Virus record (IMG/VR): IMGVR_UViG_3300032677_000014
DNA: 64,000 nucleotides
Strand: one strand, 5' to 3'
From: an uncultured virus (IMG/VR IMGVR_UViG_3300032677_000014)
Lineage: Duplodnaviria; Heunggongvirae; Uroviricota; Caudoviricetes
The notes under the pieces: generated by a model
Told to the model about the DNA's origin: nothing
What the model saw: only the letters and a program-made list of their open reading frames with translations
Databases searched by the model: none
Shown: positions 35,793-45,692 of the stretch, piece by piece
Layout of the letters: each line of letters begins with the position of its first letter
Numbering within the stretch: the first letter of the stretch is position 1
Made by a program: the position numbers and the translations under genes

Positions 35793-36992
35793 TTATTGAT
35801 CGTCATCTATTTGTTTCCATCCTGGATCTTGACCGTCATTAATGGCACCCCATCCAGGGTTTTGGGGATTGCTAATTGAATTCCATAAGGCGGTCTGATT
35901 GTCGTTAATTTTAAACCATCCAGTGGCCGCTAGCAAATCTGAAAATACCATGGATTCGCTTACTGAAGGCCTAAAATTGGTAGTATTTGAAACTAAATCA
36001 GTTAATGTAAGGGATTCAGATACGCTTGGGTTAAACCCAATTATTCCCGCTTCAGCGTCTGTAAGGTTAGCCGTCTCTAAAATAGACACCATATAACCCC
36101 TAAACCCTGTTTCTACGTCTGTAAATGTAATGGTTTCTGCGGTTGTAGCGTAGGTACTCCATGCCCCTGTAGGGGTATCTGTTAGGGTAAAGACTTCAGC
36201 GGTCGTACTAATAAAGTTTGCGGTAGAGTTTGTAGCATCGTTAAATGCTGCCAATTCAGCAAGTGCAACATTGTAATTAAAGTTCTGCGCTCCACCATCG
36301 TAGATATTAAAGCTTTCTTGCAGGCTAGACAAGAACTGGGCGTACACAGACTCTGCATCAGAAATGGTAAATGTCTCGGCAGTTGTGCCAGCAAATCCAG
36401 CAAAAGAGCTAACGGCATCAGAAATGGTAGCTGTTTCGGCTGTAGATACTGCATAGCTACTACTAAAATTTGGGGTATCCGTTAATGTTGTGCTTTCTGA
36501 AACGCTGTTAAAGGCATTTAAAGCGCCGCTTTCACTCTCGGTTAACGTAAAAGATTCAGATATTGATGGTACGTAATTGGCTTGGGCAGATAGTGAGTCT
36601 GTGGTTGTAAAGCTTTCTGCGGCTGTACCAGCAAAGTTTGCCTGCGCTGATTCTGTGTCACTTAATGAAAATGATTCACTTACAGATAGCCCTACAGCAA
36701 AAGCAGATGTAATAGTATCGGTTAAAGTAGTTGTTTCGCTGACTGTATCGTAGGCATACCAAGCGCCCCGTTCATCATCAGCCAAACTAAAGGAGTCTGT
36801 AACAAAAGTAAAGAAGCTATATGCTGGGCTATCGCCATCAACAATAGAAAATGAATCAGTTACTGCACTTCTAAAGGTTGCCGATACGCTAGTAGCATCC
36901 GTTACAGTAAAAGACTCAGAAAGGCTAACCGCATAGGTTGTTTGACCTAAAGCATTAAATGGCGCTTGAGCGAATGCGGTTAATCCAAACAT
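35793..36992 (-). CDS. virion protein with 20-aa tandem repeats
   Basis: MFG..AFAQAPF N-terminus; repeated (S/A)E(S/T)FTL(T/S)D every 20 aa. Confidence 0.75.
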   Translation of the reverse strand: MFGLTAFAQAPFNALGQTTYAVSLSESFTVTDATSVSATFRSAVTDSFSIVDGDSPAYSFFTFVTDSFSLADDERGAWYAYDTVSETTTLTDTITSAFAVGLSVSESFSLSDTESAQANFAGTAAESFTTTDSLSAQANYVPSISESFTLTESESGALNAFNSVSESTTLTDTPNFSSSYAVSTAETATISDAVSSFAGFAGTTAETFTISDAESVYAQFLSSLQESFNIYDGGAQNFNYNVALAELAAFNDATNSTANFISTTAEVFTLTDTPTGAWSTYATTAETITFTDVETGFRGYMVSILETANLTDAEAGIIGFNPSVSESLTLTDLVSNTTNFRPSVSESMVFSDLLAATGWFKINDNQTALWNSISNPQNPGWGAINDGQDPGWKQIDDDQ

Positions 36993-37226
36993 TTAAGCCT
37001 CGTTAATAGTTGCAGTAGACGTCTTTTTATCAATCGTCATAACACCATAGCACACAACGTTCCAATCCTCAGAGCTTTCTTCTTTTTCGCTTTGAGAAAC
37101 GGTGTTAATTTTAAAGTGTTTAAAAAGATATTCTTTGTCGCCTTCAAAAACACGCCATACATGTTCTTTTGAGCCACGCCCATCCATACCCCTGCTTTTG
37201 TTAAAACGGATGCGGTATTTATTCAT
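36993..37226 (-). CDS. hypothetical protein
   Basis: IRFNKSRG..GRG..EHVWRVFE. Confidence 0.65.
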   Translation of the reverse strand: MNKYRIRFNKSRGMDGRGSKEHVWRVFEGDKEYLFKHFKINTVSQSEKEESSEDWNVVCYGVMTIDKKTSTATINEA

Positions 37227-37873
37227 ATTACTTCCGCAGGCTTACAAGTTGTTTGCGCTGGGGCAGGTTGAACCCCTAAATTAAAATGAATAAAACGAAT
37301 AGGTTTTTCAGAAGAATGACGAGTAAATGAATGAGGCAACCAAGCATTGGAAAACAACAATAAACCTTCTTTTGGCTCAAAATTAATCATATTGCTTGCA
37401 GGTGTTGCATTTTCTACATTTTCTTCGGGCAAATTAATTTGAACTTTTCCTGCCCTAGGGTCATGGAATATAGCCCTCGAACTATTTTCTGGAACATCAA
37501 CAAAATAAAAACCTACAATTTGTGAGCCATAATTGTGAACGTGTTGTTCCATTGAAGAATGTTTGTGGTGTTCTTGCGCCCACATTTCTGTAAAATGGGT
37601 ATTCAATTCGTTCATTTTGTAGCCTTGCTCAAACAAAATATTCCAAGCAGTTTGACCTACAAACTCGGCAAATTTATCCATGCCATCGTAATCAAATAAA
37701 TTTCCTGTCATATAAGCAGGATAAATTTCATCTAATGGCTGGTCTTTTTTTTGTTTTTCAATGGCTAATTCGCAAGCTAATTTTGCATCTTTTAAAAATT
37801 CAGGTTTATCAATAGCATAAACAGCAGAAGGAAAATAATAAAATGCTTGTAATTCTTTATTTACATCACTCAC
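37223..37873 (-). CDS. 2OG-Fe(II) oxygenase (TIGR02466-like)
   Basis: HVH, FHDPR, P.EG.LLFSNAWLPH, RFIHFN. Confidence 0.8.
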   Translation of the reverse strand: MSDVNKELQAFYYFPSAVYAIDKPEFLKDAKLACELAIEKQKKDQPLDEIYPAYMTGNLFDYDGMDKFAEFVGQTAWNILFEQGYKMNELNTHFTEMWAQEHHKHSSMEQHVHNYGSQIVGFYFVDVPENSSRAIFHDPRAGKVQINLPEENVENATPASNMINFEPKEGLLLFSNAWLPHSFTRHSSEKPIRFIHFNLGVQPAPAQTTCKPAEVI

Positions 37874-37882
37874 AATTTATCC

Positions 37883-38089
37883 TTAACTTTCTGTTATTGT
37901 CCAAGTATCTTGCCAAGTTTTTCCATCTAGGCTAAGAGTATAAGTGCAAACTGCATTTGGGCTAGGCTGTGGAATACGTTTAAATGGTTTCCAATTAGCA
38001 GGAATAGAACCAAACGCTTGTATAAGATTATCCTCAAAAGCAGGGTGATTTATGGGTTTACCATTTTCAACTTGAATATATAGGTTCAT
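37883..38089 (-). CDS. tail fibre-associated small protein
   Basis: MNLYIQVENGKPINHP...; ATGA overlap. Confidence 0.55.
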   Translation of the reverse strand: MNLYIQVENGKPINHPAFEDNLIQAFGSIPANWKPFKRIPQPSPNAVCTYTLSLDGKTWQDTWTITES

Positions 38090-38877
38090 GGAGTGCCTAC
38101 ACAAGTAGATGGGAATAATCTAGCGCATCCAGGCCATACTATACGAACAGCTCCTGTGGATGCTACACCATTTGGGCCCCATCCAACACCATATCCACCA
38201 CCATAAGACCCCCCATTTCCACCATTTCCACTAGAATTAGAACCTGCGGTACCAGCAGTTCCACCAGAACCACCACCTCCGCCACCAGCATTATTGCTTC
38301 CTAAATTTGTGCCGCCAGTACCAGAGGTACCTTGCCCAAATAATCCAACACCACCACCACCACCACCATTGTAACGAGTAGCAATGCAGTTAGAATAATA
38401 AGCACCGCCGCCGCCACTACCACCACTACCAGCACATCCGGGGATTACAGCACAACAAACTCTATTTGCTCCGTTTCCGCCATTGCCACTATATCCACCC
38501 GCACCGCCACCACCATTACCGCCAGCTCCTCCATTACCACCACCTGTACCTGTATATGTTCCACCACTACTGTTAGTGCCACCGCCACCTTTAACTACTG
38601 AGGTAGAACAAAAATAACTGCAACCGCTAGTTCCACCAACAACTACGGCGTAGGAATTTCCGGGTGTTACTGCACGATTATTAATATAACCTAAACCTCC
38701 GCCGCCACGACTGCCACCTCCGACAGCCACTACAGAAACTTTAGTAACTCCAGCAGGAGCTACCCAAGAATAAGTTCCAGGAGTTGTATAGGACTGAGAG
38801 CCAATAACTTTAGCTGCGCCACCACCAAAGCCATAAGCTTTAGCAGAAGCAGCTCCTCTGGTAATAATTGTTGGCAT
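38086..38877 (-). CDS. glycine-rich tail fibre/receptor-binding protein
   Basis: YTTPGTYSWVAPAGVT.VSVVAVGGG...GAVRIVWPG. Confidence 0.75.
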   Translation of the reverse strand: MPTIITRGAASAKAYGFGGGAAKVIGSQSYTTPGTYSWVAPAGVTKVSVVAVGGGSRGGGGLGYINNRAVTPGNSYAVVVGGTSGCSYFCSTSVVKGGGGTNSSGGTYTGTGGGNGGAGGNGGGGAGGYSGNGGNGANRVCCAVIPGCAGSGGSGGGGAYYSNCIATRYNGGGGGGVGLFGQGTSGTGGTNLGSNNAGGGGGGSGGTAGTAGSNSSGNGGNGGSYGGGYGVGWGPNGVASTGAVRIVWPGCARLFPSTCVGTP

Positions 38878-38878
38878 A

Positions 38879-39409
38879 TTATTTAAACTGAGTTAAAGAA
38901 GCTAATACAGTAAATGTAGCAGAAGCCGTTTTAATAATAGTATATGTATATACATCAATACCGCTAGCATTACCTGCGCTAGGTGCTCCACCCTGCCATT
39001 TTGTAGTTACACCAGTAGTTGTGCCGTCAACTTGAACAGTAGAATTGTAATAAGCAGTAGCACCTTGAGTAGTCAGTATTGCCATCGTTACAGACTGTCC
39101 TGTTGATAACAAAGTATTCATAGCTACAGTAGAGTTACCACGCAAATTAATTGTCCAGTTATTAGCCGCACTTGTTGTGAAGTATTGAACTGGCTGTGTA
39201 AGCAAATCAAAGTTTTGTGTTGAAGCTGGGGCTGCTGCAGTAATTGTGGCGGCTTCTAAAATAGCATTAGTAGGAGTAATTGTTTGATATAAGCCTAAAG
39301 TTAAAGCAGTTACACCATTATTAGTTTGTAAAGCCAATACTCCTGAAGCATCTCCAGTTTGGATTAATCCGCTAGTTGAGCCATTACTGGCATTAATTGT
39401 AGTAGCCAT
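38879..39409 (-). CDS. tail fibre-associated protein
   Basis: KWQGGAPSAGNASGIDVYTYTIIKT C-terminus. Confidence 0.7.
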   Translation of the reverse strand: MATTINASNGSTSGLIQTGDASGVLALQTNNGVTALTLGLYQTITPTNAILEAATITAAAPASTQNFDLLTQPVQYFTTSAANNWTINLRGNSTVAMNTLLSTGQSVTMAILTTQGATAYYNSTVQVDGTTTGVTTKWQGGAPSAGNASGIDVYTYTIIKTASATFTVLASLTQFK

Positions 39410-39419
39410 GATTTACCTA

Positions 39420-40139
39420 TTAAGATGAGATGCCATAGAGAGTAGCAGAGCCTGTTCCAATAGCAACAGAAGTATCTGCAAAAGATATTCTAATAGCTGT
39501 AATTGGTGTAGCACTAGCAGATGTACCAGTAGATACATCTTGTTCATAAACAGGTGTGCTTGAATTATATGATTGCGCTATTCCACTAAAACTTCTTAAT
39601 GATGTAGAGCCGCTACACCCAGCAATTTGTAAAGACCCAATTACACCAGCCCCTGTACCACCACTAGGCTGTCCAGATGCTTGTGCTCCAATACTCCAAG
39701 ATGTATCGCTATTACTATTATATATACTTACGCTTGTAGAAGCATTGGTTAAATGACAAACGGCTACCCATTGATAGCCTGATGTAATCCAAGTAGGTGT
39801 TGCTCCTGTACCAATTTGTAAAATTAAACCAGCAGAAACATGAAAAGCTGTATGAGAAATATTATTTAAAACAATTTGATATTTATCATACCCTGATAAT
39901 CCTGTCCATTGTAAATAAGCTGTTCCGGCCGCAGTCTGCGTACTAATCAAAGTCATTGCGCCACTAGGAAAAGCAGAACCACCAATAGTAGGAGCATTAG
40001 CAAAGTTTACTATTTGACTAGAACTAATAGTCATAGCCGTAGTAGGTGTTGCTCCAGTTTGTAAAACTAAACTACCAGTCGTATCTCCTGTCTGGACAAG
40101 AGCCGTAGTGGTAGTTGTGCCAGCGGCTATGGTGGACAT
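39420..40139 (-). CDS. tail fibre protein (paralog of 40560..41216)
   Basis: AMTLISTQTA...WTGLSGYDKY...LYGISS. Confidence 0.7.
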   Translation of the reverse strand: MSTIAAGTTTTTALVQTGDTTGSLVLQTGATPTTAMTISSSQIVNFANAPTIGGSAFPSGAMTLISTQTAAGTAYLQWTGLSGYDKYQIVLNNISHTAFHVSAGLILQIGTGATPTWITSGYQWVAVCHLTNASTSVSIYNSNSDTSWSIGAQASGQPSGGTGAGVIGSLQIAGCSGSTSLRSFSGIAQSYNSSTPVYEQDVSTGTSASATPITAIRISFADTSVAIGTGSATLYGISS

Positions 40140-40546
40140 TAGTTACTCCAAGTTGCAGTTGGCTGAGTAGGAAATGTTGCTGGTGTTGTTGGCGCATTTA
40201 CACCAATAGCTCTTACTGCACTTCTGTAAGATAAGAAATCAGCTTGATTAGTTAAATAAGGATTAGATACTGCTGGGTCTGCAACAGAAGCAACCGCAGT
40301 CCAATCTGTTTCTGTTAATAGCTGTTTAGCTGTAGCTGAGTTTTGCGCTTGAATTTGCTGACCTTCCCATACAGGATAAGCGGCATCAAGTTGAGCTTGA
40401 GTAGGCTCTGCGCCTAGCTTTTCTGTATTCCAAGATAGGATTTGATTTGGTTCGCCTTCAGGCTGACCAGTTTGATAGTCACCAGCCGTATAAGGGATAT
40501 TGTTTACGCTTAAATAAGCAATGATTTCTGAGTTTAAGTCTGCCAT
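40139..40546 (-). CDS. tail fibre assembly chaperone-like protein
   Basis: AEPTQAQL; LLTETDW...YRSAVR...FPTQP. Confidence 0.7.
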   Translation of the reverse strand: MADLNSEIIAYLSVNNIPYTAGDYQTGQPEGEPNQILSWNTEKLGAEPTQAQLDAAYPVWEGQQIQAQNSATAKQLLTETDWTAVASVADPAVSNPYLTNQADFLSYRSAVRAIGVNAPTTPATFPTQPTATWSN

Positions 40547-40559
40547 GATGTTTCCTTAA

Positions 40560-41216
40560 TTAAGATGAGATGCCGTAGAGAGATATTGAACCAGTACCTA
40601 AATTTCCGATATTATTTGTTACTTTGATTGCTGTAATAGCATTAGTATTTACTAATGTACCTATTTTTGTAATAAGTTCATAAGATGGGGTAATTAAATC
40701 ATTCCAAGAAGAATTAACAAAGTATCCTTTATTTATTCCAGAAGAACATCCACTTATTAAACAAGTTGCTTGGTATTGAGTTGTATTAGAACCCATTCCG
40801 CTATATTGAAAATAAATAGCGGTTTCGGAACTGCTTGTAGCAATACTAGTACCAGAATTCACCCCAATAATATTAAAATAATAGCCACTTGTAATATATG
40901 TAGGTGTTGCTCCATAACCTAAAGTAATTAAATTTTTACCACTTGGAGAAACAGGCAAAAGATTTTCTGCAATTACTAAATATTTATCGTACCCACTAAG
41001 TCCTGTCCATACTAAAGATGCCGAGTTACTAGCAGTCAATGTGCTTATTAAAGTCATAGCACTTGCTGGTGCACCTACCCAAGATGGGGCAGATGAACCA
41101 TTAGACGATAAAAACTGTCCTGTAGTGCCAGCAGATGTAAAAGCTAAATTTGTACCATCACCATAACCTACTGCACCAGCCGTAGGGGTGTTAGAGCCAT
41201 TAACAATAATTGTCAT
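40560..41216 (-). CDS. tail fibre protein (paralog of 39420..40139)
   Basis: AMTLISTLTA...WTGLSGYDKY...LYGISS. Confidence 0.7.
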   Translation of the reverse strand: MTIIVNGSNTPTAGAVGYGDGTNLAFTSAGTTGQFLSSNGSSAPSWVGAPASAMTLISTLTASNSASLVWTGLSGYDKYLVIAENLLPVSPSGKNLITLGYGATPTYITSGYYFNIIGVNSGTSIATSSSETAIYFQYSGMGSNTTQYQATCLISGCSSGINKGYFVNSSWNDLITPSYELITKIGTLVNTNAITAIKVTNNIGNLGTGSISLYGISS

Positions 41217-41217
41217 A

Positions 41218-43098
41218 TTAAATTACCACCCATCGTTGACCGCTTGTTACAGTTACAGTTATACCGCTATTGATTGTCATTGGGCCAACAGAGAATCCAT
41301 TTTGACCGCTTGGAATAGTTTGGTTAGATGATACCGTGGTTAAGTTTTGGTTAATTGGCCCCACAGAAACTGATACGGGCTGCCATGTTGGTGCAGATGC
41401 ACCATTAGAAGTTAATACTTGTCCGCTTGTACCATTAGCAATAAATGCTGTAGCACCTGAGCCTGTTTGATATGGAATCTGACTAGCTGCACCGCCAGCT
41501 AAGTTTGTTGCTGTGGTTGCTGTTGTTGCAGAGCCAGCACTACCTGTGACGTTAATGCTCCAAGTCCCAGAAGCGCCAGTACCGGATGTAGATGGTGCGC
41601 CAACAGTATTATAAGAAACAGTAAGGGCAGAGCTACCATTAAATGTTGCGCCAGATACAGAACCAGCACCGCCATTATTAAAAGTTACGCTATTAGTGAC
41701 GCTACCTGCTGTAGTTGCAGAGCCAGCCGCAATTGATGATTGGTTAATCCAAGCGGGAGTTCCTGAAGAGCCGCCAGAAGTTAATACTTGCCCCGAAGAG
41801 CCGTAAGAACCATTAAATGCTACAGCATTGTTTGAGTTAATCGTTATAGCGTCTGTAGCGGCACTATTGGTTACAAAGTGAATACTATTTCCACTAATGG
41901 TTCCAACAACAATATCTGAGCTACCAGAAATAAAGTAAGCGTAGTTTGGAGCATTAATAGCGCCAGTACCTGTGTATCCAGATGAGTTAATACCCATCGT
42001 AGCAAAGTTAGTTGAAGCTGTTCCGTTATTGTTATAGGCAATAAACTCAGCTGACGCTTGACTTCCACTGTTAGTGTTTTGTACTGTTACTTGGGCGTAT
42101 TGATTCTGATTGGTAGTAAAGTTAGCTAATACGTTAACGTCACTAAAGTTATTTGTACCGTAAGAGATTGCGCCCGTTGTAGATGTAGCAGAGGTACTAT
42201 TTGTTGCTGTTAAAGTACCAGAGCTTAAGCTAGTAGCTGTTGCCACGCCTAATGCTGGTGTAACTAAAGTTGGTGATGTGTTTAATACTACAGAACCAGA
42301 GCCAGTAGTAGATGTCCATGTAGGAGCGCTTGCGCCACCAGAAGTTAAAATATAACCAGATGTACCTGCAGTGGTAACTGCATAAGCAGTGCCTGTGCCA
42401 TAAGCAACACCGCCAGCTGTAGGCGTAGCAGTAGTATTTGTACCACCGTTAGCAATAGGCAGTGTCCCAGTTACGCCAGTGGTTAAAGAAAGACCAGTAG
42501 CATTAGTAAGCGTTAATGAAGACGGTGTTCCTAAATTGGGAGTAACAAGTGTTGGGCTTGTGCTTAAAACAACTGAACCAGAACCAGTAGAAGTAGTTGT
42601 TCCTGTACCACCAGAAGCAACAGGTAAAGTTCCTGTAGTTAGAGCAGATGTGCTAGTTGCATATACCGCACCGCCAGAAGTAAATGATGTAAGACCTGTA
42701 CCGCCATACGCAGTAGTAATTGCTGTACCGTTCCAAACGCCTGATGCAATCGTGCCTAATGGTGATACGTTTCCAGAAGCATCTAAATTAACCGACTTCT
42801 CAGATGGATAATCTACCCATACGTTTTGTACACCAATTGAGAAATTAACTGTAGACCCAGCATTAGATGAAGATAGTACTGTGGTTCTAGTAAGCGTGTT
42901 TCCTGAAGTTGAATACGTGCCAATACCCACTTCCCAGTTTGAACCGCTCTGGTCAGCAATAGTGTAGTAGCAAGTGTTTCCATTACCAATCGCAGAACTA
43001 AACGATTGATATCCAGTGGCAGCCCCCTGCAACGATACTGTACCGGTACCGGGGGATGTTGCGGTTTCTAGAACCCTATCTTTAAGAACGAGAGCCAT
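41218..43098 (-). CDS. tail fibre protein
   Basis: LKDRVLET N-terminus, WEVGIGTY, GTLPVASGGTG repeats, GQVLTS.G. Confidence 0.8.
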   Translation of the reverse strand: MALVLKDRVLETATSPGTGTVSLQGAATGYQSFSSAIGNGNTCYYTIADQSGSNWEVGIGTYSTSGNTLTRTTVLSSSNAGSTVNFSIGVQNVWVDYPSEKSVNLDASGNVSPLGTIASGVWNGTAITTAYGGTGLTSFTSGGAVYATSTSALTTGTLPVASGGTGTTTSTGSGSVVLSTSPTLVTPNLGTPSSLTLTNATGLSLTTGVTGTLPIANGGTNTTATPTAGGVAYGTGTAYAVTTAGTSGYILTSGGASAPTWTSTTGSGSVVLNTSPTLVTPALGVATATSLSSGTLTATNSTSATSTTGAISYGTNNFSDVNVLANFTTNQNQYAQVTVQNTNSGSQASAEFIAYNNNGTASTNFATMGINSSGYTGTGAINAPNYAYFISGSSDIVVGTISGNSIHFVTNSAATDAITINSNNAVAFNGSYGSSGQVLTSGGSSGTPAWINQSSIAAGSATTAGSVTNSVTFNNGGAGSVSGATFNGSSALTVSYNTVGAPSTSGTGASGTWSINVTGSAGSATTATTATNLAGGAASQIPYQTGSGATAFIANGTSGQVLTSNGASAPTWQPVSVSVGPINQNLTTVSSNQTIPSGQNGFSVGPMTINSGITVTVTSGQRWVVI

Positions 43099-43111
43099 TT
43101 AAAGCTCCCTA

Positions 43112-43690
43112 TTAACCAGCAGCAGATAGTGTGTAAGTAACGTTAATAGTATCGCCAGAAGAAACTGTTTTAGAGCCGCCAGTAAAGTCACCAGCACTGA
43201 ACAGTACGCCAGTTGTATTATCTTGAGTAGCAGAACCACCCACGTTAATAAATGCACCAGCAACAGTACCAGAACTAGTCATACTAAACACAACAGCCGC
43301 ACTTGTAGTTAATACGGATGGGTTTGCTGAAGTAGCAGCACTAAATGTTGGAGTCTTACGTGTACCAGAGTATGTAGGAGCATTAGCGCCACCAACTTCT
43401 AACCAACCACTATGTGATGCTTGTGTATCTGTATAAGCTGGAGAGCCTGTACCCATTAAACCCATAACAATAGCGCCACCACCGGTGTTACCAAAGTATG
43501 AATTCAAAAGGCTTTGACGGCCTACGTTAGTGGTCAAGTTCTCAATAACATCTGTCCACTTTAAATTACCTTGTGCATCGTAGCACTCAGCTGTGTAAAC
43601 GCCTTCTAAGCCAACCAATTCGGTTGCACCAGCGCCACGGATAACAGTCGCTTCTACGCTGTCTCCAAATATTGCTTTTTCATTGCTCAT
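43112..43690 (-). CDS. structural/tail protein
   Basis: Thr/Ser/Gly-rich, KTV.SGDTINVTYT. Confidence 0.65.
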   Translation of the reverse strand: MSNEKAIFGDSVEATVIRGAGATELVGLEGVYTAECYDAQGNLKWTDVIENLTTNVGRQSLLNSYFGNTGGGAIVMGLMGTGSPAYTDTQASHSGWLEVGGANAPTYSGTRKTPTFSAATSANPSVLTTSAAVVFSMTSSGTVAGAFINVGGSATQDNTTGVLFSAGDFTGGSKTVSSGDTINVTYTLSAAG

Positions 43691-43699
43691 AAAAACTCC

Positions 43700-44158
43700 T
43701 TAATCACCAGAACTAATAATATTAGCGCTTGTATAACTACTAATTGATAAAATAGCAGACGTACTGGTCGCTGCTGGGAACTGCACTGTAAAACTATTAC
43801 TACAGGTCTTGTCTGAACCAAAATTTATCACAAAACAAGCCGCTTTTGTGTTGTAATTGTATACTAAGGCACCCCTAGCCGTAAAGCTAGCTGGGTTCCA
43901 AACAGCATTAGCAAACGATATATAAGCCGTGTTGTACTGGTTATTTACGGTAGGGGTAACGGTAATAGTTAGAGGCTTTCCGCCAGCCGTATATCCTGTT
44001 CCAACCACTTCATTTGCCGTCGTATAGGCCGTAGTTGTAGCGCCCAAATTGGCGTTTCCATTGTATAGAGCAATATAGTAAGTGCCAGTGGTAAAGTTCT
44101 CGTTACCATTGAGCAAGTTTTGACCAAATATATTGCAAGATCCTTGTGCTATAGGCAT
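43700..44158 (-). CDS. structural/tail protein
   Basis: IALY..A.L...TTAY...NEV.GTGYTAGG, FTARGALVYN. Confidence 0.65.
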   Translation of the reverse strand: MPIAQGSCNIFGQNLLNGNENFTTGTYYIALYNGNANLGATTTAYTTANEVVGTGYTAGGKPLTITVTPTVNNQYNTAYISFANAVWNPASFTARGALVYNYNTKAACFVINFGSDKTCSNSFTVQFPAATSTSAILSISSYTSANIISSGD

Positions 44159-45099
44159 TATTGAGTAACCTTAATTCTAGCTTGACCACTTCTGTAAGCA
44201 TCACTACGCTCAAGACCTGTTCCAAGACGGTTAAGCTGCTGCATTGCTTCTTGATATTTATTGGTGTAAAGGGCGACCAAATCAGCCTCTTGCTTCATAT
44301 AGGTAGCCGCTTCAACAAGCGTTCCGTACAATAAAACGGTATCAAAATTGTCTCCAATCCATGAAGTTCCAGTTGGATTATTAACTGTTGCAACGGTAGT
44401 TGAAAACCCTGTTCCAGCGGTTCCAATTGTGGCTGTAATAACATCTCCTGGATTGTATCCAGATCCGCCATAAGAAATAGATGCGCTTGTTACAATTCCG
44501 CCAGATGTAGTTATATTTAATAAAAGGCCATCTCCACTACCGCCAGTCGCAGGAATATTGTTGTATATTCCAGTAATATATCCAGACCCTGGATTAGTAA
44601 TTGCTCCCAATGTTGCTGCAACGCTTTGGATAATAGACACTGGATAATAATAGTAATGCAGTTCTACATTATAGTTTTGGTCTGGTGTTGGACCAATAAT
44701 AAACGATAGCTCGTTTGGATAAGAGTATTGAGGGCCAAAAATAGCGTAATACCGGGGGGTACCTTGGTATGTTGGGTTTGGGTAAGACTGACGAATAAAG
44801 TTAACGTCTTTATCTAAGAGGTAAGTATAGTTGCCACTTGAATCAATTACAGCAAGAGAAAATGTTGACAGGTAGTCATTTGGGGAGGACAAATAGGGAT
44901 TGGCTGCAGTAAGCACACCCGTCACATTCTTTCTTAATGATGGAATTAAAACTGAGTTATAAATACGCAACTCAGCTTGTTCAATCATTCTGTTAATCTG
45001 TTGTACAGAAGATACAGTTGTTCCATCCTCCAAGTAAGTTATTGGAAATTGGTTTTCTGTATAGTCCTGTACTGCAGATAACAGCTGGTAATAATTCAT
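44158..45099 (-). CDS. head-tail adaptor/tail tubular-like protein with inserted beta domain
   Basis: QAELRIY, GTPRYYA, GPTPD, LLYGTLVEA. Confidence 0.65.
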   Translation of the reverse strand: MNYYQLLSAVQDYTENQFPITYLEDGTTVSSVQQINRMIEQAELRIYNSVLIPSLRKNVTGVLTAANPYLSSPNDYLSTFSLAVIDSSGNYTYLLDKDVNFIRQSYPNPTYQGTPRYYAIFGPQYSYPNELSFIIGPTPDQNYNVELHYYYYPVSIIQSVAATLGAITNPGSGYITGIYNNIPATGGSGDGLLLNITTSGGIVTSASISYGGSGYNPGDVITATIGTAGTGFSTTVATVNNPTGTSWIGDNFDTVLLYGTLVEAATYMKQEADLVALYTNKYQEAMQQLNRLGTGLERSDAYRSGQARIKVTQ

Positions 45100-45101
45100 T
45101 A

Positions 45102-45437
45102 TTAGCCCATTTTTCCGCTAATTTTGCGACCTTTAGTAGCAGCGCCATAGCCACGCATTACTCCAACGCCAGCTGGATTTGTACCTTTGTAATTGCCTTT
45201 ATTGGTGCCAGCAACTGCAATATTAAAAGTATCCATTGGGTTACCAGAAATATCGGTTACATCTTTAGCTGCAGCATGCGGGTTTGGCATTGGCTGTTTG
45301 TAAATGCCAATATCATTACCGCCACCTACTGGATATTTGAAACCAGTGTATTCGCTAGCAGGGCCATTATCTTGTGCATGACCTAATGCTTTAAACTCAT
45401 TCTTAGTTTCAGTTTTGGGAAAATCATTCTTAGCCAT
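45102..45437 (-). CDS. small virion-associated hypothetical protein
   Basis: C-terminal RG.GAATKG motif. Confidence 0.65.
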   Translation of the reverse strand: MAKNDFPKTETKNEFKALGHAQDNGPASEYTGFKYPVGGGNDIGIYKQPMPNPHAAAKDVTDISGNPMDTFNIAVAGTNKGNYKGTNPAGVGVMRGYGAATKGRKISGKMG

Positions 45438-45438
45438 A

Positions 45439-45681
45439 TTAACGACCTCTTCCTGAAGATTTTTGGTTCATTACACGAGCCATGTTGCGACCAACGGCCT
45501 TCATTTCTTTGCCTGTTACACCACCCTTTTTAAGGGTAATTTTGGTGCCTGGGCCACCTTTATGCTCTTGTTTGTCGTGCTCTTTAAAAGCCTTTTTAAT
45601 CATAGCGACGTCTTGCTTTTTATCAGCAGCCATCTCTTTTTTCATTTCAGACTTTGATTCTTTCATTTCCTTCTTTGCCAT
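45439..45681 (-). CDS. small basic protein
   Basis: Lys-rich; LKKGGV, GRNMAR. Confidence 0.65.
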   Translation of the reverse strand: MAKKEMKESKSEMKKEMAADKKQDVAMIKKAFKEHDKQEHKGGPGTKITLKKGGVTGKEMKAVGRNMARVMNQKSSGRGR

Positions 45682-45692
45682 TTTACCACTCC

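Noticed and set aside
38086..43098. Diversity-generating retroelement acting on the fibre genes
   Set aside because: No reverse transcriptase ORF and no TR/VR pair differing only at adenines was seen.
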